64,000 nucleotides of DNA from Candidatus Bathyarchaeota archaeon (GCA_963772455.1 CAVYXJ010000013.1:106315-170314); one strand, 5' to 3'. Positions 50,356 through 61,749 are shown, numbered from the stretch's first letter. Notes: generated by a model from the letters alone, not told the origin. Program-made: numbers and translations.

Positions 50356-51405
50356 TTAGACACGGCAGGGCTGTTGTTGACTGATGCAGTGGATGGTGCC
50401 AAACCCGTAAACCAAGTCAACACATCTTATACCAATGACTTTGTGGGTTGGGAACAAGTCCTGGAGAATAGATAGGGCTTTGCTGTCGTTTTCATGGTCG
50501 AAGACTGGAACGAGCACCTTTTGGTTGCCGATGTAGAAGTTTGTGTAGCTTGCAGGTAGCCGTTCATCTTCGTCGCTGATAACTTTGGGCATGGGCAACT
50601 TAACAATCTTGAATTTTCTGCCATCTTGGTCAAGGGATTGGCAGAGAATGTTATAGTTTTCTTTTAGGGTATCGTAGTCTACGTCGTTTTGATCATCTTG
50701 ATAAGCGCAAACGATGGTAGATGGGTTAATGAATCGGGCTAAGTCGTCGATGTGGCCGTCAGTATCGTCGCCCAAGATGCCGTTTTTGAGCCAGATGAAA
50801 TTGGTTGCCCCCAAGTATTCGGACAAGAATTTTTCAATATCTTTTTTGCATAGATGGGGGTTTCGGTTTCTATTGAGTAGGCATTGCTCGGTGGTCAGCA
50901 AGGTTCCTTTGCCGTTGACATCTATGGAGCCTCCTTCTAAAACAATGCCGGGTTTGAAGCATCGCAGGTTCATTTTTTGGTTGATAACATCTGGGATTTG
51001 CTTGTCTTTCAGGAGCGTTTCATATTTTTCTCCCCATGAATTAAAGTCCCAATGAATCATGGCCAACTCATGGTTTTGGTTTTTGACAAATATAGGTCCA
51101 TAATCCCTAAACCAAACGTCGGCGTAATCGGAAACGTGGATATGGATTTTATTTAGGTCTATTCTTGTCTCTTTGAACATCTTTTTAACTTTCTTTTCGG
51201 TGACTTCGTCAATCACAAAGAGGTTAACGTGTTCGCCTTCATGAATTTCTTTAATAATTTGAACATAAACAGCTTCTACCCGCTCTACCCTATCTGGGAA
51301 AGTTGTCGGGTCATAAGGCCAAGCAAGCCAGATTGCGTCGTGTTTTTCCCATTCTGCCGGCATACAAAATCCTTGTTCTCGGCAGCTCCGATCAGAACTA
51401 CTCAT
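50356..51405 (-). CDS. aguA: Agmatine deiminase
   Basis: MPAEWE, W.RDYGP, LEGGSI..NG.G, DTDGHID, ASY.NF, G.IHCISQQQP. Confidence 0.94.
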   Translation of the reverse strand: MSSSDRSCREQGFCMPAEWEKHDAIWLAWPYDPTTFPDRVERVEAVYVQIIKEIHEGEHVNLFVIDEVTEKKVKKMFKETRIDLNKIHIHVSDYADVWFRDYGPIFVKNQNHELAMIHWDFNSWGEKYETLLKDKQIPDVINQKMNLRCFKPGIVLEGGSIDVNGKGTLLTTEQCLLNRNRNPHLCKKDIEKFLSEYLGATNFIWLKNGILGDDTDGHIDDLARFINPSTIVCAYQDDQNDVDYDTLKENYNILCQSLDQDGRKFKIVKLPMPKVISDEDERLPASYTNFYIGNQKVLVPVFDHENDSKALSILQDLFPTHKVIGIRCVDLVYGFGTIHCISQQQPCRV

Positions 51406-52348
51406 TTTCTACATCCTTCATATCGTCTTTTAAGAGCTGTTTGTATGTGCTGGGACGGCGGTTACGTAGAAAACCCCAACCTTCCTGAATTCGTTTATTC
51501 TTGCTAAGATCAACTTTGACAATCAAAACCTCTTCTTTGGTTGTGGATGCCTGGTTGAGGATTTTCCCAAATGAATCGCACACAAATGAACCTCCCCAAA
51601 ACTGCAGTTCTCCCTCTTCCCCTACTCGATTAACGGCAGCAACATGAACTCCATTACTTATGGCATGGGCGCGTTGAACAGTTTTCCAAGCGTCATGCCA
51701 GTCACCATCTTCAGAAGTGTAACCCTTAACGTAGCCAATTGCGGTTGGGTAAAAAATAATTTCCGCCCCCTTTAACGAGCATATTCTTGCGGGTTCAGGG
51801 AACCACTGATCATAACAGATAAGCGCACTAATTCGGGCAAAGGGGGTTTCAAAAACCTTGTATTCTGAGTCACCCTCTTCAAAATAATCTTTTTCGTAGA
51901 AGTACGGGTCATGTGGGATGTGTGCTTTACGGTAGGTACCCAGCAACTCGCCGTTTACGTTGATTACTACAGCTGAATTAAAAAATTTACCCCTTTTTGC
52001 TTTTTCAAAGAGCGGCGCAATGATGACTAACTTATGCTTTTTAGCCAAATCAGAAAACATTTTTGTGGATTCCCCAGGAATAGCTTCAGCTAAACCAATG
52101 ACATCCTGTTTTTCGTGCTGTGGAAAATACTTTGTCCGATAAAGCTCCTGTAAGCAAACAATTTTGGCACCTTTATTTGCGGCTTGCTCGATTTTTTCCG
52201 ATGTTTCCTTCATATTTTGGGCTATATTTTCAGAAACAGACGTTTGGATAAGCCCAATGGATACTATTTTATCTATTTTTTTCTTTAACGCAAATGTGGT
52301 TGATTTTTCTTTTTGGACGGCTATTTGATTTTCCTTCCTTGTTTTCAA
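51398..52348 (-). CDS. aguB: N-carbamoylputrescine amidohydrolase (nitrilase family)
   Basis: LQEL, YRK.HIP, EK.YF, ICYDQWFPE.AR, YPTAIG; overlaps aguA. Confidence 0.9.
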   Translation of the reverse strand: MKTRKENQIAVQKEKSTTFALKKKIDKIVSIGLIQTSVSENIAQNMKETSEKIEQAANKGAKIVCLQELYRTKYFPQHEKQDVIGLAEAIPGESTKMFSDLAKKHKLVIIAPLFEKAKRGKFFNSAVVINVNGELLGTYRKAHIPHDPYFYEKDYFEEGDSEYKVFETPFARISALICYDQWFPEPARICSLKGAEIIFYPTAIGYVKGYTSEDGDWHDAWKTVQRAHAISNGVHVAAVNRVGEEGELQFWGGSFVCDSFGKILNQASTTKEEVLIVKVDLSKNKRIQEGWGFLRNRRPSTYKQLLKDDMKDVENE

Positions 52349-52552
52349 CTATCTATAATCTGCTCGTATTAACTTTTTTGAAAAATATTATAAAATCTAC
52401 TGAAAAAAATTAGTTAAAGCAAAATATTATTTTTCTGGGCTTTTTTGGAGTTCCTTAAACAGGCAAAATACTGTTCTTTTAGGTTCAAAGGGATGAAACT
52501 ATTTATTAAGCCAATGCAGTGACAATATCTTAGTTTACTGGGGCCAAATAAT

Positions 52553-53977
52553 ATGAAAATATTCATTGTTCAATTTCCTTTCGGCGTAGCAGCCTTCGAC
52601 GAAAACCATGGCTTAGTCGAAAAAGCTCTGTTTCCAAAAAACGCTCAGGATGCAGCAAAAAGCCTAGTTAAAACCGAGTCTGGAAAAATATCTGACGAAG
52701 TTTCATCACTAATCTCACTTCTAGCAAGCGTTGGTTATGACGTATTTGTTTTTGAATCCGCCAACTTGGCAGCGGAAGCTCAAAAGAAGATGAAAGTCAA
52801 CGTTGAAGTAGCTAAGCCAGCAGACACTGCAGTGCTCCATTCACGCATGGGTGAAATAGCCATCGAATCAGGTTTTGCTAAAGATGAACAAGAACTAAGC
52901 GAATGGAACCGCAGTGTCAGCTTAGAACTTGCTAAGATAAGAATTAAAGGCGCCTCAGAAAAACGGGATTTAATTGTTGCTCAAAGCATTCAAACACTCG
53001 ATAGTTTAGATCAAACAGTCAACCTCTTTATGGGCAGACTGCGAGAATGGTATGGCGTTTATTTCCCTGAACTTGATCGCTTAATCGAAAAGCATGAAAC
53101 TTACTCACGACTCGTTACGAACTTGGGTGATAGGGAAAACTTTACAGTTGAGAATTTAGAGAGAGAAAATATTCCAAAAGAACGAACCCAACTTGTTGCG
53201 AAAGCAGCGGAATCATCCATGGGCGCAGACATTGCAGAATCAGACCTTGAGATGGTACAAGCTTTAGCCAAAGATGTTCTTAACTTCTATTTGTTACGTA
53301 AAAAAATGGAAGATTATGTTGAGCAAACGATGGAGGAATTGGCGCCAAACGTACGTGCAGTTGCAGGTGCACTTCTCGGAGCGCGCTTAATCGCTATGGC
53401 GGGCAGCCTACGAAACTTGGCGATGAGACCAGCAAGCACCATACAAGTCATAGGCGCAGAAAAAGCCCTCTTCCGCTCACTAAAAACAGGAGCCCGCCCA
53501 CCAAAACACGGCTTAATCTTCCAACATACCCTGCTTCATGATGCAAAAAGGTGGCAACGTGGAAAAATCGCAAGAGTCATAGCAGGCAAACTCGCAATAG
53601 CTGCCAGAACAGATGCTTTCGGAGCAGGCCACTATATTGGAGACAAATTAAAAGCTGACATTAACAAACGCTTAGAAGAAATCCAAATTAAATACAAAGA
53701 CCCTCCAGCACCAAAAGAAGCCAAACCAAGACCCGAAGGCTCATTCGAACGCCGTGAACAACGACCACCACCGCGAAGAGATGACCGAGGAGGATTCAGG
53801 GGTGGCGGCAAAAACTTCGGAGGAGGCGACAGAGGTCCAAGACCACCACGTCAAGGTGGCGGTGGTGGAGGCGGAGGGCGCAACTTCAGTTACGGTGGCG
53901 GACGAGATAGAGGCGATCGACGCGGCCATGGCGGCGGTCCAAATCGGGGACCAGACAGACGTGCACCTCAAAGTTAA
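52553..53977 (+). CDS. nop5: C/D box RNP subunit Nop5 (Nop56/58) with RGG-rich C-terminal tail
   Basis: RLREWYG.YFPEL, APN, PASTIQV.GAEKALFR, PPKHG. Confidence 0.94.
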   Translation: MKIFIVQFPFGVAAFDENHGLVEKALFPKNAQDAAKSLVKTESGKISDEVSSLISLLASVGYDVFVFESANLAAEAQKKMKVNVEVAKPADTAVLHSRMGEIAIESGFAKDEQELSEWNRSVSLELAKIRIKGASEKRDLIVAQSIQTLDSLDQTVNLFMGRLREWYGVYFPELDRLIEKHETYSRLVTNLGDRENFTVENLERENIPKERTQLVAKAAESSMGADIAESDLEMVQALAKDVLNFYLLRKKMEDYVEQTMEELAPNVRAVAGALLGARLIAMAGSLRNLAMRPASTIQVIGAEKALFRSLKTGARPPKHGLIFQHTLLHDAKRWQRGKIARVIAGKLAIAARTDAFGAGHYIGDKLKADINKRLEEIQIKYKDPPAPKEAKPRPEGSFERREQRPPPRRDDRGGFRGGGKNFGGGDRGPRPPRQGGGGGGGGRNFSYGGGRDRGDRRGHGGGPNRGPDRRAPQS

Positions 53978-54659
53978 ACCTCATCCCAAATTCAAAGAAA
54001 TCTATCAGGTTATGCTTGAAGACGGTGCGCAACGTCTAGCTACAAAAAACCTAACTCCCGGCTTGAGAGTTTACGGTGAACGACTTTTCAAATTCAAATA
54101 CGTTGAATACCGTGTTTGGGATGCTTTTCGAAGCAAATTGGCAGGCGGTATAATCAAGGGCGTACAAAATGTTCCTGTTGAACCAGGTTTTAAGGTGTTG
54201 TATTTGGGGGCTGCTTCAGGAACCACTCCCAGTCACGTATCCGACATAGTTGGAGACTCAGGACACGTTTACTGCGTAGAGTTTGCACAGCGTTCTTTAA
54301 GAGATTTAGTTAACAATGTCGCAGCTTACCGAAAGAACATTTCGCCCATGCTTGAAGATGCGCGGCAACCCCAACGCTATGCCATGTTCATCTCAGGCAA
54401 AGTTGATTCAATCTATTGCGATGTCGCCCAGCCAGAACAAGCCAAATTGCTTGCAGACAACGCCGACGTTTTCCTCAAATCAAACGGTTGGGTCATGCTT
54501 GCCTGCAAATCCCAAAGCATCGACGTAACAATGGATCCCAACGCAGTCTACCGTCAAGAAGCCAATGTTTTAAGATCCAGAGGCTTTGATGTAAAAGAAA
54601 TTGTTGACCTTGAACCGTATGATAAGGCACACGCTATGATTGTTGCACAGCACCTCTAA
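53961..54659 (+). CDS. flpA: Fibrillarin-like 2'-O-methyltransferase
   Basis: VYGE, YRVW..FRSKL, VLYLGAASGTT.SHVSD, DVAQP.Q; GTG 53961 overlaps the nop5 end. Confidence 0.94.
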   Translation: MHLKVKPHPKFKEIYQVMLEDGAQRLATKNLTPGLRVYGERLFKFKYVEYRVWDAFRSKLAGGIIKGVQNVPVEPGFKVLYLGAASGTTPSHVSDIVGDSGHVYCVEFAQRSLRDLVNNVAAYRKNISPMLEDARQPQRYAMFISGKVDSIYCDVAQPEQAKLLADNADVFLKSNGWVMLACKSQSIDVTMDPNAVYRQEANVLRSRGFDVKEIVDLEPYDKAHAMIVAQHL

Positions 54660-54793
54660 AATATGGAATTAAAACAAATTATGTGGGTTACATTTTTTTG
54701 CTTGGATTAATTTTTTTTTGTGTTGGTTGATTTTTTGGAAAAGCATTATAGCTTAGAAAACTAAAGCTTCATTGTTTAGGAAGAAAAGCAGAA

Positions 54794-55456
54794 ATGTTGA
54801 TAGCTGGTGTTGACGAAGCTGGGCGCGGATGCGTTATTGGTCCATTAGTTGTTGCTGGTGTTGCTGTAAAATCCGAGAATCTGCAATTGATAGCTGGGTT
54901 AGGGGTAAAAGACTCCAAGCTTCTAACCGCCAAAAAACGGGAAGAACTCTACCCAGAAATCTTGAAGTTAACCCAAAATCACCATATTATAAAGATTCCA
55001 CCTGCCCAAATTGATAAAGTCGTTCGAAGTAGTAGAGTGCTTCACAAACTCAACAGGCTTGAAGCGCAAACGATGGCAAAAATAATTGAAGCTTTAAAAC
55101 CTGATCAAGCGTACGTAGATGCGGCAGATGTTTTAGCTGATAGGTTTGGCTATCACATTAGCGAATGCCTCAAATGCAAAACAAAAATTATATCGCAGCA
55201 TAAAGCGGATAGCACTTTTCCTGTGGTTTCTGCGGCATCTATTGTAGCTAAGGTGGAAAGGGATAGCGAGATTTCAAAGTTGAGATTGAAACACGGCGAT
55301 TTTGGAAGCGGATATTTAACCGACGAAAAAACTATGGTTTTTTTGAAGAGGCTGCTAGATGGCAAGGGTGAATTTCCAAGTTTTATTAGGAAGTCCTGGA
55401 AACCTGCTCAAAGAGCAAAAAGTGAATATGGATCAATACAGCAAAAACTTTTGTAA
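54794..55456 (+). CDS. rnhB: Ribonuclease HII
   Basis: GVDEAGRG, DSKLL, VSAASIVAKV.RD, GSGY. Confidence 0.95.
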   Translation: MLIAGVDEAGRGCVIGPLVVAGVAVKSENLQLIAGLGVKDSKLLTAKKREELYPEILKLTQNHHIIKIPPAQIDKVVRSSRVLHKLNRLEAQTMAKIIEALKPDQAYVDAADVLADRFGYHISECLKCKTKIISQHKADSTFPVVSAASIVAKVERDSEISKLRLKHGDFGSGYLTDEKTMVFLKRLLDGKGEFPSFIRKSWKPAQRAKSEYGSIQQKLL

Positions 55457-55554
55457 AATGCTAAAATTATTGTGTTTTGTAGTGTTTAAAAAGATACAAT
55501 TATAAACATCAACCGTGTTCCTAGTAAAGTAGGTTTTATTCGGCGGTAACTTGG

Positions 55555-57234
55555 ATGAGCGAAAAAGATGTAACCAAATTCTTGCAAATCTTAGGATTAT
55601 CAAAAAGAGAAATTCAAGTTTATATGTTCCTTGCAAAAAGTGGAGTACAATCAACTAGCTTCGTTGCGAAGCGACTCAAGATGGAGCGTGTTCAGGCTTA
55701 CCGTACTTTTAAGAAACTGCAGGAAAAAGGGTTTATTGAAGCTACATTGGAACGGCCAACAAGGTTCACTATAGTTGCTTTTGAAACCTTGGTTGATAAT
55801 TTCATAAATACAAAAAAGAGTGAAGTTGTTAATCTAAATGATCAGAAACAGGATCTTTTGGTTGCTTGGCAATCGATAAGTGCGCCAGAAACCGAATATC
55901 CAGTTGCTAAATTCTCAATAATCACCGGTAAAAAGAAGATTCATGCTAAGATGATTAGCATGATTGAGGAATCTAAATCTCAAATTATTGTTTTAACAAC
56001 TGCTCTGGGCATAATTCAGGAAGACATTGCAGGCATCTTTGATGCTGCTGTTACTCCATCCCAAGAGCGTAAAGTACAGGTCCAAATAATAACTGAAATT
56101 GTTCCAGAGAACCTTAAAACAGTGGATAGAATTGATCAAAGTATAGCTGAAGATAAATTAAACATTAAACTACGTCATGTGGGCATGAGTTCCAAGTTTT
56201 TCCCTCGATTTCTAATCAAAGACGAAGAAGAAGCCATCCTTTATGCTCCGTTTGGAAATGAAGCGTCTGTTTTAAACCTTGAAGATGAAGGATTATGGAT
56301 AAATGACAAGATGTTCATTTCTGTTTTGAAAGCGTTTTTTACACAGATGTGGCAAAGCGGCGTTGATGCTTCAAGACGAATAGACGAATTAAAGAGTGGA
56401 ATCCCAATCGCCGAAACCCTCGTTATTAAAAGTGTTGAAGAAGCATGGAGCAAAGTGACTAAGGTACTTGAATCGGCTAAAAAAGAAATTGTAATAATCA
56501 CCTCTTCACAGAGCATCAATCGGCTCGCTGAAGGTGATCCAATAGTAAAATACTTAAAAAAAGGCTTAAGCACACGAATAATGGCATCAATCGACTTAGA
56601 TAATCTTGAACCAGCACAGAAACTGGCAAAAAACTTTGAAGTAAAACATGTACCAATAAGTTATATGACAATGATGTTGGTTGATGACAAACACTTGTTC
56701 ATGTTCAAGATGCCTTCACTTAGTGATGATGCTGCAGAATCAGCCTTCTATTTTGCAGATACATTTTATTCTAGTGACCCCAGCCAGATTGAACGAGTAA
56801 GTGAAATGTTGAATGACATTTGGAAACGCGGCATTGATATTACAGAAATTAGCAGTCAAGCAGGAACAAAACTTCCAACAGTGGAAATTGCATCATCTGA
56901 GACAATAGCTAAAACAGTTGATAAGATGCTTGTTAATAGCGTCAATTCGATCTTAATCACTGAGAGCAACAAACCAATTGGCATTATTAACGATAGAGAA
57001 CTGCTGCGAGAGATTGTTAATGCGCAAAAAGATCCAGTTAAAACTCTTGCAAAAGACATCAATTATACTCCACTTATCGTTCTCGAAGGAGATGAATCAA
57101 TGCTTACAGCAATGAAAATTATGCAAACAAAAAAATTCAAGCGAGCAGCCATGGTTAAGAATGGACAATTAATTGGTATGTTGACAGAAGAAGCAGCCAA
57201 AAAAGCATCACTACAAAAGAAACCTGCTGTCTAA
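55555..57234 (+). CDS. TrmB-family regulator with two PLD-like effector domains and a C-terminal CBS pair
   Basis: LGLSKRE..VY..L HTH, L..KGFIE..RP; two repeated effector domains ending W..G; GIINDREL and LIGMLTE CBS motifs. Confidence 0.85.
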   Translation: MSEKDVTKFLQILGLSKREIQVYMFLAKSGVQSTSFVAKRLKMERVQAYRTFKKLQEKGFIEATLERPTRFTIVAFETLVDNFINTKKSEVVNLNDQKQDLLVAWQSISAPETEYPVAKFSIITGKKKIHAKMISMIEESKSQIIVLTTALGIIQEDIAGIFDAAVTPSQERKVQVQIITEIVPENLKTVDRIDQSIAEDKLNIKLRHVGMSSKFFPRFLIKDEEEAILYAPFGNEASVLNLEDEGLWINDKMFISVLKAFFTQMWQSGVDASRRIDELKSGIPIAETLVIKSVEEAWSKVTKVLESAKKEIVIITSSQSINRLAEGDPIVKYLKKGLSTRIMASIDLDNLEPAQKLAKNFEVKHVPISYMTMMLVDDKHLFMFKMPSLSDDAAESAFYFADTFYSSDPSQIERVSEMLNDIWKRGIDITEISSQAGTKLPTVEIASSETIAKTVDKMLVNSVNSILITESNKPIGIINDRELLREIVNAQKDPVKTLAKDINYTPLIVLEGDESMLTAMKIMQTKKFKRAAMVKNGQLIGMLTEEAAKKASLQKKPAV

Positions 57235-57570
57235 AGGTTCGTTTATATCACAGAAATAATAGCAACCTACCATTTTCTTTCTTTGTGGGGATGGTTGGTT
57301 TGGATGTGTTACCATCCCATCCTTGTTTGAGGGGGTTTTTGCTTTTTTGGTTTGGGTTGTTTTTCAGTTGCTGTTGGGATGGTGGAAGTGGAATTCTTGA
57401 ATGGAATTCTATGTGGTGTCATGTTGGGGTGGATGGGATGTGGATGGGAAAGCATGATGGAGACTCTATCAGGGTCTCATTAAAAGAAAAGAGAAAATGG
57501 ATCAGAAGAGGTTCGAATCGCATCCCTGCCTGTAAGAGCAAAATATATGGTGATTAGTCGATTCATTGCT

Positions 57571-58936
57571 TTATTTTATTTTGTTATAGATTGCGTCGGT
57601 TATAATTTCAATCGGTTCGCCTATAATTCGATAGCCATGTTCTCCAAAATATTTTCTGATGTAAAATTGAATCATTCCTTTAATCACTGCAAACTTTATC
57701 TTCAATTCACTCACTTGTGAAGAAAAAAGAAGCCTATGTTTAACCATTTGAATATTCTTCGGTTCTTCCCATTCGTCTGAAACTAGTTTGCCATTAAGTC
57801 TCTCAAATAATGGTGTCCCCGGAATAGGGTATGGCAACGTAAATGAGAGATAATCTAATGGAAGTGAGGATGCGAACTTTACTGTGTTTAGGATAGTTTT
57901 GGCGTTTTCTCCTGGATAGCCAAGGATGAAGAATGCTCCCGTTTTGATTCCTTGTTTTTTGCATATTTGAGTGGCATTGTAGGCTTGTTTTGTTGTTATT
58001 TGTTTATTCATTATTTTTAGGATTGAATCGTTTCCTGATTCAATTCCAAAAAACATTCTCACGCATCCGGCTTGTTTCATTTTATTAGCTGTTTCTGAAT
58101 CGAGCGTGTCAACTCGCGATAAACATTCCCAATCAATCCTCAAACCGCGATCAATGATCTCTTCGCAAACCTCAAGGAGACGTTTGCGATTTAAGGTAAA
58201 ACAATCATCAGCAAACCATATTCGATTGTAACCTAAGAGAATTGCTTCTTCAACCTCATCAGCTACCTTTTTCGCTGATCGAGATCTAAAGTCGTTGCCA
58301 AAGATTGGTCTACTGCAGAAATCACATGTAAATGGGCATCCTCTTGAAGTCATGATTGCTGTAGTTTTGTAGCCAAATTTTCCAGAATAATAATTTTGGT
58401 AGAGGCAATTTTCAAATAATTCTCTTGAAGGAGGTGGCAATCTGTCTATATCGTTGATTAAACCTCTGGAAGGAGTTAGTTTTATCTCCCCTGTGCTTTT
58501 GTCTTTGTAGGCGACTCCTTTTATCTGGGTTAGAATACTCTTATTTTTGTATATTTTGGCGATCTCGAGCATTGTTTGTTCTCCTTCGCCTATGACAACG
58601 ATATCGAAGTCATTCAAGAAAGTTTTAGGTTCTGTTGTTGGGAGTGCACCACCTGCAACAAGTAAATTGCAGTGATCCTCTTAGCGTCTTTGCAAGTTCC
58701 AATGATTTTTTTCTCATCGAATACATTGATTGGATTCCAATTATGTTTGGGTTTGAGTCAATGATTTTCTTGAGCGCTTGTTCCTGGTTGAGAAAAGTGC
58801 AATCAACGATTTCAACAGAGATACCGTTTTGTTTCAAGTAGGCTGCGATGTACCCCAATCCTAACGGTGGAAATCTGAAAATCGATGTATCAATACGAGG
58901 ATGAAAATACGGGTAAACAAGAGTTACATCGGTCAT
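57571..58936 (-). CDS. B12-binding radical SAM protein (frameshift near 58678)
   Basis: PPLGLGYIAA, VAGG after one-base repair, GEGE, SRGCPFTCDFC, GIESG. Confidence 0.88.
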
Positions 58937-58945
58937 CTTATTTTA

Positions 58946-59818
58946 TCATCCAAAAACTTCGATTTCATATTCAAATTGAGAGTATTCGGCACCCAGTTCA
59001 TAATCAAGACCAATCCAATCTAAAGAATCTTTGATTAATTCTCTCCCTCGTCGTAGTTTGGTTCCTTCTATTTTTTTTAGACTGAACCCAATTTTGTCTT
59101 GCTCGTTTGTTATTTTTGCCGTTTGCGATGTCACATCGTTCCAAGCACCTATTGCTTCATTATTCAACTTCAAGTTTTCTGAATCTGAATAATTTCTAAA
59201 AAAATGTGCTCCTTGTTCGTTTAAAACAAAGATTTTATCAAGATTGTTTCTTTCAAGTGATCTGAGGTCCAATTTTACTAATATTCGGTTCCGATCTAAA
59301 ACGTATGTTACAACAATTGTTCCTTTGGAGGGTCCTTTTATGAAGGTAGATTTTACTCCAAACTTGAAAAGCAGATTTCTAGTCAAAAGAACATATTGGG
59401 CAAAGTGTACATGGCTCTGATATTGTTTCTTATATATTGTTGAAATGTAGTCAAGTAACGTTCGAATTTTCGGGTTTTCAAGTTTACAATTTCTAATTGT
59501 ATTTCGGGTAACTAAATCCATAATGAACTTCTTTCGGATTTCCACAATGTTTTCCTGAGTACGAACAGTAAGAGATGACGAACCTGAAAATACTGTTTCA
59601 TCAAAATATTTGGCAATTGGAACTCCAAACCCTATTCCTTCTCCTATGACTTCAGACCCCTTATACAGAAAAATTAGGCCTTTCTGCAATTGAGCGGTTT
59701 TCATGTTCTTGGGTTTTGTATCTGAATGGACTCTTATTGCCACTGAATTAGAAATAGGATGAGTATTTGGAAGAGGCATAAAACAAGAGCTTCCGCTTTT
59801 TTCCTCAGATGTTATCAT
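58946..59818 (-). CDS. Hypothetical protein
   Basis: 290-aa ORF 9 nt upstream of the radical SAM gene; GEGIGFGVP and NEQGA.FF motifs. Confidence 0.7.
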   Translation of the reverse strand: MITSEEKSGSSCFMPLPNTHPISNSVAIRVHSDTKPKNMKTAQLQKGLIFLYKGSEVIGEGIGFGVPIAKYFDETVFSGSSSLTVRTQENIVEIRKKFIMDLVTRNTIRNCKLENPKIRTLLDYISTIYKKQYQSHVHFAQYVLLTRNLLFKFGVKSTFIKGPSKGTIVVTYVLDRNRILVKLDLRSLERNNLDKIFVLNEQGAHFFRNYSDSENLKLNNEAIGAWNDVTSQTAKITNEQDKIGFSLKKIEGTKLRRGRELIKDSLDWIGLDYELGAEYSQFEYEIEVFG

Positions 59819-60022
59819 TTATAAAAAAATCATCCTATATGTTAGGTTGTAGAATTTGAATAATAAACCTTGGGCTTGCAATTTTGTCAAGAATTACGAA
59901 TTGTGCTTGAGAGTATTTAGTGTTTCCGACTTTACCTATGGATTATTTTTGTTGTCTTAAGAATCATTTCTACTTATAATTTTTTTAGTCCTTGACCTGA
60001 TTAAAAGAGAATAAATCATTAA

Positions 60023-60853
<831 letters not shown>

Positions 60854-60867
60854 ACGTGTGAGATACC

Positions 60868-61749
60868 TTGAAGGTTGAAGCTGAATGCGAATCCTGCCTA
60901 CTTTTTCGGGCACAAATACAAACCTACCAGGCAACAACAAATCCCGCCCTACGTTTTAGGTGTTTAGCAGAAATCGTTAAGCTATTGAACAGAGAATTCA
61001 AACCTACTTCGGTAGCGGCAGATATTGGCACAAAAAGAGACCGTATAATTAGGCAATTAACAGGTAACAATGATCCATACAAATACAATAAGAAATTGGC
61101 AAATGAAAAAGCTCTAAAAATGCGTCCTCATGCCAAAAAATATGTTGAAACAGGGATTAATCAGCAGGAACGTTTCAAAAAAGCTTGTTTATGCGCGATT
61201 GTAGGAAATATAATGGAGTTTGATATTCCAGGGCACAAATTTACTTTGAATAACTTAGCAACTTGTGTTAGGGAAGCCGCTAAAGATTTGGCTATTGATG
61301 ATTTAGATAAGGCTTATGAGTTGGCTAAGAAGGCAAAGAGCGTTTTGTTCTTAGCGGATAATGCGGGAGAAATCGTTTTCGATTCTTTGTTGGTTGAGCA
61401 ACTAAAGAATATGGGGTTAAGAGTAACCTATGTTGTTAAAGGTGGACCAGTAATCAATGACGCCACAATGGAAGATGTTGAAATATCAAATATCGACAAA
61501 CTTGCTGACGAAGTAATAACTACTGGTTGTGACGCTGTGGGCTTGCAGAAAAAAGAAGCCTCCGCTGATTTCCTGAAAGTCTATGATGCTGCCGAACTTG
61601 TTTTCGCCAAAGGAATGGGGTATGCTGAAACCCTCACCGAATACAAACTAACTAAGCCTCATTTGCTAATGTTCCGCACAAAATGTGTGCCTGTCGCAAA
61701 CTATTTCTGTGTTCCACGTGATAAGAACATAGCAAAGCTGATGCAGTAA
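60868..61749 (+). CDS. DUF89/ARMT1-like damage-control phosphatase
   Basis: C..C, DPY, GN..(D/E)F, DNAGEIVFD, P.INDAT, AKGMG. Confidence 0.88.
   Translation: MKVEAECESCLLFRAQIQTYQATTNPALRFRCLAEIVKLLNREFKPTSVAADIGTKRDRIIRQLTGNNDPYKYNKKLANEKALKMRPHAKKYVETGINQQERFKKACLCAIVGNIMEFDIPGHKFTLNNLATCVREAAKDLAIDDLDKAYELAKKAKSVLFLADNAGEIVFDSLLVEQLKNMGLRVTYVVKGGPVINDATMEDVEISNIDKLADEVITTGCDAVGLQKKEASADFLKVYDAAELVFAKGMGYAETLTEYKLTKPHLLMFRTKCVPVANYFCVPRDKNIAKLMQ

Noticed and set aside
53754-53960. Acidic N-terminal extension of fibrillarin in the ORF track
   Set aside because: It is the alternative frame of the Gly-rich nop5 tail; homology begins near GTG 53961
57499-57530. GGTTCGAATC T-loop-like motif
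   Set aside because: No T-stem, acceptor stem or cloverleaf around it
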